14,148 nt of DNA from a virus: UHGV virus genome UHGV-1727423; one strand, given 5' to 3'. A model generated the notes under the pieces. It did no database searches. It was not told where the DNA came from and saw nothing but the letters and a program-made list of their open reading frames with translations. The number at the start of each line of letters is the position of its first letter. Position 1 is the stretch's first letter. This document shows positions 1 through 6,530 of this stretch, piece after piece. Both the position numbers and the translations under genes were made by a program.

Positions 1-392
1 CATCCCGTCAGGCGAGCCAGATGTTTCTGTGCTGGCTGGAAGAGGCCATCGTTCGCCGCGTGGTGACGTTACCTTCAAAAGCGCGCTTCAGCTTTCAGGA
101 AGCCCGCAGTGCCTGGGGGAACTGCGACTGGATAGGCTCCGGTCGTATGGCCATCGATGGTCTGAAAGAAGTTCAGGAAGCGGTGATGCTGATAGAAGCC
201 GGACTGAGCACCTACGAGAAAGAGTGCGCGAAACGCGGTGACGACTATCAGGAAATTTTTGCCCAGCAGGTCCGTGAAACGATGGAGCGCCGTGCAGCCG
301 GTCTTAAACCGCCCGCCTGGGCGGCTGCGGCATTTGAATCCGGACTGCGACAATCAACAGAGGAGGAGAAGAGTGACAGCAGCGCTGCGTAA
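1..392 (+). CDS. B: Portal protein, C-terminal fragment (5' end lies outside the window)
   Basis: Open frame from the window edge to TAA at 390-392. Sits immediately upstream of, and overlaps by 20 nt, the C protease start, as in lambda B/C. Assigned by synteny only. Confidence 0.7.
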   Translation, partial: SRQASQMFLCWLEEAIVRRVVTLPSKARFSFQEARSAWGNCDWIGSGRMAIDGLKEVQEAVMLIEAGLSTYEKECAKRGDDYQEIFAQQVRETMERRAAGLKPPAWAAAAFESGLRQSTEEEKSDSSAA

Positions 393-1721
393 TCTCCCGC
401 ATATTGCCAGCATGGCTTTTAATGAGCCGCTGATGCTTGAACCCGCCTATGCGCGGGTTTTCTTTTGTGCGCTTGCAGGCCAGCTTGGGATCAGCCGCCT
501 GACGGATGCAGTATCCGGCGACAGCCTGACTGCCGGAGAGGCACCCGCGGCGCTGGCGTTATCCGGTGATGATGACGGACCACGACAGGCCCGCAGTTAT
601 CAGGTCATGAACGGCATCGCCGTGCTGCCGGTGTCCGGTACGCTGGTCAGCCGGACGCGGGCGCTGCAGCCGTATTCGGGAATGACCGGTTACAACGGCA
701 TTATCGCCCGTCTGCAACAGGCTGCCAGCGATCCGATGGTGGACGGCATTCTGCTGGATATGGACACACCGGGCGGGATGGTGGCGGGAGCATTTGACTG
801 TGCTGACATCATCGCCCGTGTGCGAGACATAAAACCGGTATGGGCGCTGGCCAACGACATGAACTGCAGTGCAGGTCAGCTGCTTGCCAGCGCCGCCTCC
901 CGGCGTCTGGTCACGCAGACCGCCCGGACAGGCTCCATCGGCGTCATGATGGCTCACAGTAATTACGGTGCTGCGCTGGAGAAACAGGGCGTGGAAATCA
1001 CGCTGATTTACAGCGGCAGCCATAAGGTGGATGGCAACCCCTACAGCCATCTACCGGATGATGTCCGGGAAACACTGCAGTCCCGGATGGATGCAACCCG
1101 CCGGATGTTTGCACAGAAGGTGTCGGCATATACCGGCCTGTCCGTGCAGGCTGTGCTGGATACCGAGGCTGCAGTGTACAGCGGTCAGGAGGCCATTGAT
1201 GCCGGACTGGCTGATGAACTTGTGAACAGTACCGATGCGATCACCGTCATGCGTGATGCACTGGATGCACGTAAATCCCGTCTCTCAGGAGGGCGAATGA
1301 CCAAAGAGACTCAATCAACAACTGAGTCTCTTTGGAGACTCAATCAACAACTGTTTCAGCCACTGCTTCGCAGGCTGACGTTACTGGCGTGGTGCAAGCG
1401 ACGGAGGGCGAGAACGCCAGCGCTGCGCAGCCGGACGTGAACGCGCAGATCACCGCAGCGGTTGCGGCAGAAAACAGTCGCATTATGGGGATCCTCAACT
1501 GTGAGGAGGCTCACGGACGCGAAGAACAGGCATGCGTGCTGGCCGAAACCCCCGGTATGACCGTGGAAACGGCCCGCCGTATTCTGGCCGCAGCACCACA
1601 GAGTGCACAGGCGCGCAGTGACACTGCGCTGGATCGTCTGATGCAGGGGGCACCGGCACCGCTGGCTGCAGGTAACCCGGCATCTGATGCCGTTAACGAT
1701 TTGCTGAACACACCAGTGTAA
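373..1721 (+). pseudogene. C: Capsid assembly protease C (S49/ClpP-like) with nested scaffold Nu3 frame; frameshifted by a 29-bp insertion
   Basis: GTG start at 373 preceded by AGGAGG (361-366). Translation reads MTAALRNLPHIASMAFNEPLMLEPAYARVFF..., matching lambda gpC as recalled. Frame is intact to ~1324, then shifts and stops at 1438-1440. The original frame resumes (ORF 1332-1721, ...TQSTTVSATASQADV...NDLLNTPV) and ends at TAA 1719-1721. Span 373-1721 is 1349 bp, i.e. 1320 bp (lambda C length) plus 29. Nu3 internal start would be ATG 1087 (MDATR...). Confidence 0.8.
1302..1353 (+). repeat. Quasi-palindromic duplication: 19-bp direct repeat (1306-1324 and 1335-1353) separated by 10 bp (1325-1334) that is the reverse complement of 1302-1311
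   Basis: Read directly: CAAAGAGACTCAATCAACAACTG / AGTCTCTTTG / GAGACTCAATCAACAACTG. The 10-bp spacer AGTCTCTTTG is the exact reverse complement of CAAAGAGACT at 1302-1311. Confidence 0.9.
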
Positions 1722-1730
1722 GGGATGTTT

Positions 1731-2063
1731 ATGACGAGCAAAGAAACCTTTACCCATTACCAGCCGCTGGGCAACAGTGACCCGGCTCATACCGCAACCG
1801 CGCCCGGCGGATTGAGTGCGAAAGCGCCTGCAATGACCCCGCTGATGCTGGACACCTCCACCCGTAAGCTGGTTGCGTGGGATGGCACCACCGACGGTGC
1901 TGCCGTTGGCATTCTTGCAGTTGCTGCTGACCAGACCAGCACCACACTGACGTTCTACAAGTCCGGCACGTTCCGTTATGAGGATGTGCTCTGGCCGGAG
2001 GCTGCCAGCGACGAGACGAAAAAACGGACCGCGTTTGCCGGAACGGCAATCAGCATCGTTTAA
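1731..2063 (+). CDS. D: Head decoration protein
   Basis: ATG at 1731 (second ATG of ORF 1725-2063) after AGGGA. 110 aa, [12 protein letters not shown]...GTAISIV, same length and near-identical to lambda gpD as recalled. Confidence 0.92.
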   Translation: MTSKETFTHYQPLGNSDPAHTATAPGGLSAKAPAMTPLMLDTSTRKLVAWDGTTDGAAVGILAVAADQTSTTLTFYKSGTFRYEDVLWPEAASDETKKRTAFAGTAISIV

Positions 2064-2080
2064 CTTTACCCTTCATCACT

Positions 2081-2105
2081 AAAGGCCGCCTGTGCGGCTT
2101 TTTTT
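2081..2105 (+). terminator. Intrinsic-terminator-like hairpin between D and E (GCCGC-CTGT-GCGGC followed by T7)
   Basis: Stem 2085-2089 pairs with 2094-2098, 4-nt loop, then seven T at 2099-2105, with an A-run upstream. Lies in the 55-bp D-E gap. Confidence 0.4.
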
Positions 2106-2118
2106 ACGGGATTTTTTT

Positions 2119-3144
2119 ATGTCGATGTACACAACCGCCCAGCTGCTGGCGGCAAATGAGCAGAAATTTAAGTTTGATCCGTTGTTTCTGCGTCTCTTTT
2201 TCCGTGAGAGCTATCCCTTCACTACGGAGAAAGTCTATCTCTCACAAATTCCGGGACTGGTAAACATGGCGCTGTACGTTTCGCCGATTGTTTCCGGTGA
2301 GGTTATCCGTTCCCGTGGCGGCTCCACCTCTGAATTTACGCCGGGATATGTCAAACCCAAGCATGAAGTGAATCCGCAGATGACCCTGCGTCGCCTGCCG
2401 GATGAAGATCCGCAGAATCTGGCGGACCCGGCTTACCGCCGCCGTCGCATCATCATGCAGAACATGCGTGACGAAGAGCTGGCCATTGCTCAGGTCGAAG
2501 AGATGCAGGCAGTTTCTGCCGTGCTCAAGGGCAAATACACCATGACCGGTGAAGCCTTCGATCCGGTTGAGGTGGATATGGGCCGCAGTGCGGCGAACAA
2601 CATCACGCAGTCCGGCGGCACGGAGTGGAGCAAGCGTGACAAGTCCACGTATGACCCGACCGACGATATCGAAGCCTACGCGCTGAACGCCAGCGGCGTG
2701 GTGAATATCATCGTGTTTGACCCGAAAGGCTGGGCGCTGTTCCGTTCCTTCAAAGCCGTCAGGGAGAAGCTGGATACCCGTCGCGGCTCTCATTCCGAAC
2801 TGGAGACAGCGGTAAGAGAACTGGGAAAAGCGGTGTCTTATAAGGGAATGTATGGCGATGTGGCCATCGTCGTGTATTCCGGACAGTACGTGGAAAACGG
2901 CGTCAAAAAGAACTTCCTGCCGGACAACACGATGGTGCTGGGTAACACTCATGCACGCGGTCTGCGCACCTATGGCTGTATTCAGGATGCGGATGCATTG
3001 AGTGAGGGTATTAATGCGTCTCCCCGTTATCCGAAAAACTGGAAGACATCCGGCGATCCGGCGCGAGAGTTCACCATGATTCAGTCAGCACCGCTGATGC
3101 TGCTGGCTGATCCTGATGAGTTCGTGTCCGTTCAACTGGCGTAA
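2119..3144 (+). CDS. E: Major capsid protein
   Basis: ATG at 2119 (internal to ORF 2092-3144). 341 aa, MSMYTTAQLLAANEQKFKFDPLFLRLFF...EFVSVQLA, same length as lambda gpE (HK97-fold major capsid). Confidence 0.93.
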   Translation: MSMYTTAQLLAANEQKFKFDPLFLRLFFRESYPFTTEKVYLSQIPGLVNMALYVSPIVSGEVIRSRGGSTSEFTPGYVKPKHEVNPQMTLRRLPDEDPQNLADPAYRRRRIIMQNMRDEELAIAQVEEMQAVSAVLKGKYTMTGEAFDPVEVDMGRSAANNITQSGGTEWSKRDKSTYDPTDDIEAYALNASGVVNIIVFDPKGWALFRSFKAVREKLDTRRGSHSELETAVRELGKAVSYKGMYGDVAIVVYSGQYVENGVKKNFLPDNTMVLGNTHARGLRTYGCIQDADALSEGINASPRYPKNWKTSGDPAREFTMIQSAPLMLLADPDEFVSVQLA

Positions 3145-3146
3145 TC

Positions 3147-3173
3147 ATGGCCCTTCGGGGCCATTTTCTCTCT
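3147..3173 (+). promoter_or_regulatory. Stable stem-loop with UUCG tetraloop between E and FI
   Basis: ATGGCCC (3147-3153), TTCG loop, GGGCCAT (3158-3164), followed by TTTCTCTCT. Ends 12 nt before the FI Shine-Dalgarno GGAGGA (3175-3180). Confidence 0.4.
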
Positions 3174-3185
3174 GTGGAGGAGTCC

Positions 3186-3581
3186 ATGACGAAAGATGAA
3201 CTGATTGCCCGTCTCCGGTCGCTGGGTGAGCAACTGAACCGTGATGTCAGCCTGACGGGGACGAAAGAAGAACTGGTGCTCCGTGTGGCAGAGCTGGAAG
3301 AGGAGCTTGATGACACGGATGACGGAGCCGGTCAGGACTCGTCTGTCAGCCCGGAAAATGCGCTGACCGGACATGAAAATGAGGTGGTATCAGCACAGAC
3401 GGATACCGTGACTGATACGGCTGCTCTGGTCACGGTTGTGGCACTGGTGACGCTGCATACCGATGCACTTCACGCCACGCGGGATGAACCTGTGGCATTT
3501 GTGCTGCCGGGAACGGCGTTTCGTGTCTCTGCCGGTGTGGCAGCCGAAATGACAGAGCGCGGCCTGGCCAGAATGCAATAA
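3186..3581 (+). CDS. FI: DNA-packaging / head assembly accessory protein FI
   Basis: ATG at 3186 after GGAGGA. MTKDELIARLRSLGEQLNRDVSLTGTKEEL...ERGLARMQ, 131 aa. Lambda position between E and FII. Confidence 0.85.
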   Translation: MTKDELIARLRSLGEQLNRDVSLTGTKEELVLRVAELEEELDDTDDGAGQDSSVSPENALTGHENEVVSAQTDTVTDTAALVTVVALVTLHTDALHATRDEPVAFVLPGTAFRVSAGVAAEMTERGLARMQ

Positions 3582-3592
3582 CGGGAGGCGCT

Positions 3593-3946
3593 GTGGCTGA
3601 TTTCGATAACCTGTTCGATGCTGCCATTGTCCGCGCCGATGAAACGATACGCGGGTACATGGGAACGTCAGCCACCATGACATCCGGTGAGCAGTCCGGC
3701 GCAGTAATACGTGGTGTTTTTGATGACCCTGAAAATATCAGCTATGCCGGACAGGGCGTGCGCGTTGAAGGCTCCAGCCCGTCCCTGTTTGTCCGGACTG
3801 ATGATGTGCGGCAGCTGCGGCGTGGAGACACGCTGACCATCGGTGAGGAAAACTTCTGGATAGACCGGGTTTCGCCGGATGATGGTGGAAGCTGTCATCT
3901 CTGGCTTGGGCGGGGCGTACCGCCTGCCGTTAACCGTCGCCGCTGA
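3593..3946 (+). CDS. FII: Head-tail joining (head completion) protein FII
   Basis: GTG start at 3593 after GGGAGG. 117 aa, MADFDNLFDAAIVRADETIRGYMG...PAVNRRR, same length as lambda gpFII. Confidence 0.85.
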   Translation: MADFDNLFDAAIVRADETIRGYMGTSATMTSGEQSGAVIRGVFDDPENISYAGQGVRVEGSSPSLFVRTDDVRQLRRGDTLTIGEENFWIDRVSPDDGGSCHLWLGRGVPPAVNRRR

Positions 3947-3957
3947 AAGGGGGATGT

Positions 3958-4536
3958 ATGGCCATAAAAGGTCTTGAGCAGGCCATTGAAAACCTCAGCC
4001 GTATCAGCAAAACGGCGGTGCCTGGTGCCGCCGCAATGGCCATTAACCGCGTTGCTTCATCCGCGATATCGCAGTCGGCGTCACAGGTTGCCCGTGAGAC
4101 AAAGGTACGCCGGAAACTGGTAAAGGAAAGGGCCTGGCTGAAAAGGGCCACGGTCAAAAATCCGCAGGCCAGAATCAAAGTTAACCGGGGGGATTTGCCC
4201 GTAATCAAGCTGGGTAATGCGCGGGTTGTCCTTTCGCGCCGCAGGCGTCGTAAAAAGGGGCAGCGTTCATCCCTGAAAGGTGGCGGCAGCGTGCTTGTGG
4301 TGGGTAACCGTCGTATTCCCGGCGCGTTTATTCAGCAACTGAAAAATGGCCGGTGGCATGTCATGCAGCGTGTGGCCGGGAAAAACCGTTACCCCATTGA
4401 TGTGGTGAAAATCCCGATGGCGGTGCCGCTGACCACGGCGTTTAAACAAAATATTGAGCGGATACGGCGTGAACGTCTTCCGAAAGAGCTGGGCTATGCG
4501 CTGCAGCGTCAACTGAGGATGGTAATAAAGCGATGA
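3958..4536 (+). CDS. Z: Tail completion protein Z
   Basis: ATG at 3958 after GGGGGA. 192 aa, MAIKGLEQAIENLSRISKTAVPGAAAMAINRV.... Stop overlaps the U start (ATGA). Confidence 0.87.
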   Translation: MAIKGLEQAIENLSRISKTAVPGAAAMAINRVASSAISQSASQVARETKVRRKLVKERAWLKRATVKNPQARIKVNRGDLPVIKLGNARVVLSRRRRRKKGQRSSLKGGGSVLVVGNRRIPGAFIQQLKNGRWHVMQRVAGKNRYPIDVVKIPMAVPLTTAFKQNIERIRRERLPKELGYALQRQLRMVIKR

Positions 4537-4928
4537 AACATACTGAACTCCGTGCAGCCGTACTGGATGCACTGGAGAAGCATGACACCGGGGCGACGTT
4601 TTTTGATGGTCGCCCCGCTGTTTTTGATGAGGCGGATTTTCCGGCAGTTGCCGTTTATCTCACCGGCGCTGAATACACGGGCGAAGAGCTGGACAGCGAT
4701 ACCTGGCAGGCGGAGCTGCATATCGAAGTTTTCCTGCCTGCTCAGGTGCCGGATTCAGAGCTGGATGCGTGGATGGAGTCCCGGATTTATCCGGTGATGA
4801 GCGATATCCCGGCACTGTCAGATTTGATCACCAGTATGGTGGCCAGCGGCTATGACTACCGGCGCGACGATGATGCGGGCCTGTGGAGTTCAGCCGATCT
4901 GACTTATGTCATTACCTATGAAATGTGA
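4533..4928 (+). CDS. U: Tail terminator (tail tube capping) protein U
   Basis: 131 aa, [33 protein letters not shown]...[13 protein letters not shown] overlap with Z. Confidence 0.88.
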   Translation: MKHTELRAAVLDALEKHDTGATFFDGRPAVFDEADFPAVAVYLTGAEYTGEELDSDTWQAELHIEVFLPAQVPDSELDAWMESRIYPVMSDIPALSDLITSMVASGYDYRRDDDAGLWSSADLTYVITYEM

Positions 4929-4935
4929 GGACGCT

Positions 4936-5676
4936 ATGCCTGTACCAAATCCTACAATGCCGGTGAAAGGTGCCGGGACCACCCTGTGGGTTTATAAGGG
5001 GAGCGGTGACCCTTATGCGAATCCGCTTTCAGACGTTGACTGGTCGCGTCTGGCAAAAGTTAAAGACCTGACGCCCGGCGAACTGACCGCTGAGTCCTAT
5101 GACGACAGCTATCTCGATGATGAAGATGCAGACTGGACTGCGACCGGGCAGGGGCAGAAATCTGCCGGAGATACCAGCTTCACGCTGGCGTGGATGCCCG
5201 GAGAGCAGGGGCAGCAGGCGCTGCTGGCGTGGTTTAATGAAGGCGATACCCGTGCCTATAAAATCCGCTTCCCGAACGGCACGGTCGATGTGTTCTGTGG
5301 CTGGGTCAGCAGTATCGGTAAGGCGGTGACGGCGAAGGAAGTGATCACCCGCACGGTGAAAGTCACCAATGTGGGACGTCCGTCGATGGCAGAAGATCGC
5401 AGCACGGTAACAGCGGCCACCGGCATGACGGTAACGCCAGCCAGTGCTTCCGTAGTGAAAGGGCAGAGCACCACGCTGACCGTGGCCTTCCAGCCGGAGG
5501 GCGTAACCGACAAGAGCTTTCGTGCGGTGTCTGTGGATAAAACAAAAGCCACCGTGTCGGTCAGTGGTATGACCATCACCGTGAACGGCGTTGCTGCAGG
5601 CAAGGTCAACATTCCGGTTGTATCCGGTAATGGTGAGTTTGCTGCGGTTGCAGAAATTACCGTCACCGCCAGTTAA
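4936..5676 (+). CDS. V: Major tail tube protein V, with C-terminal Ig-like domain
   Basis: ATG at 4936 (internal to ORF 4906-5676) after GTGAGGA. 246 aa, [31 protein letters not shown].... The C-terminal ~90 aa are T/V/S-rich, as in the lambda gpV Ig-like domain. Confidence 0.9.
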   Translation: MPVPNPTMPVKGAGTTLWVYKGSGDPYANPLSDVDWSRLAKVKDLTPGELTAESYDDSYLDDEDADWTATGQGQKSAGDTSFTLAWMPGEQGQQALLAWFNEGDTRAYKIRFPNGTVDVFCGWVSSIGKAVTAKEVITRTVKVTNVGRPSMAEDRSTVTAATGMTVTPASASVVKGQSTTLTVAFQPEGVTDKSFRAVSVDKTKATVSVSGMTITVNGVAAGKVNIPVVSGNGEFAAVAEITVTAS

Positions 5677-5691
5677 TCCGGAGAGTCAGAG

Positions 5692-6114
5692 GTGTTCCTG
5701 AAAACCGAATCATTTGAACATAACGGTGTGTCCGTCACGCTTTCTGAACTGTCAGCCCTGCAGCGCATTGAGCATCTCGCCCTGATGAAACGGCAGGCAG
5801 AACAGGCGGAGTCAGACAGCAACCGGAAGTTTACTGTGGAAGACGCCATCAGAACCGGCGCGTTTCTGGTGGCGATGTCCCTGTGGCATAACCATCCGCA
5901 GAAGACGCAGATGCCGTCCATGAACGAAGCCGTTAAACAGATTGAGCAGGAAGTGCTTACCACCTGGCCCACGGAGGCAATTTCTCATGCTGAAAACGTG
6001 GTGTACCGGCTGTCTGGTATGTATGAGTTTGTGGTGAATAATGCCCCTGAACAGACAGAGGACGCCGGGCCCGCAGAGCCTGTTTCTGCGGGAAAGTGTT
6101 CGACGGTGAGCTGA
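5692..6114 (+). CDS. G: Tail assembly chaperone G
   Basis: GTG at 5692. 140 aa, MFLKTESFEHNGVSVTLSELSALQRIEHLALMKRQAEQ...AGKCSTVS. Stop TGA at 6112-6114. Confidence 0.88.
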   Translation: MFLKTESFEHNGVSVTLSELSALQRIEHLALMKRQAEQAESDSNRKFTVEDAIRTGAFLVAMSLWHNHPQKTQMPSMNEAVKQIEQEVLTTWPTEAISHAENVVYRLSGMYEFVVNNAPEQTEDAGPAEPVSAGKCSTVS

Positions 6115-6530
6115 GTTTTGCCCTGAAACTGGCGCGTGAGATGGGGCGACCCGACTGGCGTGCCATGCTTGCCGGGATGTCATCCACGGAGTATGCCGAC
6201 TGGCACCGCTTTTACAGTACCCATTATTTTCATGATGTTCTGCTGGATATGCACTTTTCCGGGCTGACGTACACCGTGCTCAGCCTGTTTTTCAGCGATC
6301 CGGATATGCATCCGCTGGATTTCAGTCTGCTGAACCGGCGCGAGGCTGACGAAGAGCCTGAAGATGATGTGCTGATGCAGAAAGCGGCAGGGCTTGCCGG
6401 AGGTGTCCGCTTTGGCCCGGACGGGAATGAAGTTATCCCCGCTTCCCCGGATGTGGCGGACATGACGGAGGATGACGTAATGCTGATGACAGTATCAGAA
6501 GGGATCGCAGGAGGAGTCCGGTATGGCTGA
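5692..6530 (+). CDS. GT: Tail assembly chaperone G-T fusion, made by programmed -1 ribosomal frameshift at 6090-6096
   Basis: The -1 frame ORF (6096-6530, ...FDGELSFALKLAREMGRPDW...) has no start or Shine-Dalgarno of its own. It begins at the slippery heptamer G GGA AAG seven codons before the G stop, the classic lambda G/GT arrangement. T segment is 435 nt, as in lambda. Confidence 0.75.
6090..6096 (+). other. Slippery heptamer GGGAAAG (-1 programmed frameshift signal for G-T)
   Basis: GGA and AAG are zero-frame G codons at 6091-6096. After slippage to GGG AAA the -1 frame continues GTG TTC GAC... into the T frame. Confidence 0.75.

Noticed and set aside
238-372. Upstream extension of the C ORF to ATG 238 (400-aa ORF 238-1440)
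   Set aside because: That segment is the 3' end of the portal gene in another frame. The GTG at 373 has an AGGAGG Shine-Dalgarno and gives the expected C N-terminus (MTAALRNLP...).
1306-1353. The 19-bp direct repeats as a target-site duplication flanking a mobile element
   Set aside because: Only 10 bp lies between the copies, and that 10-mer is the reverse complement of adjacent gene sequence, not transposon ends. A replication template-switch duplication explains it better.
1332-1721. 129-aa ORF starting at TTG 1332, read as an independent gene
   Set aside because: It is the displaced C-terminal part of the C/Nu3 frame. The TTG is created by the insertion and has no Shine-Dalgarno, so independent expression is unsupported.
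1725-1730. D starting at the first ATG (1725, MFMTSK...)
   Set aside because: The second ATG at 1731 has better spacing from the AGGGA Shine-Dalgarno and gives the 110-aa product matching gpD (MTSKETF...). The 1725 start cannot be excluded.
2242-2952. 236-aa minus-strand ORF inside E
   Set aside because: Antisense to the major capsid gene, with no start context. A by-product of codon bias on the + strand.
6096-6530. T as a free-standing gene with its own start (ORF track shows M at 6096)
   Set aside because: The apparent start is GTG inside the slippery site with no ribosome binding site. This frame is better explained as the -1 frameshift extension of G.
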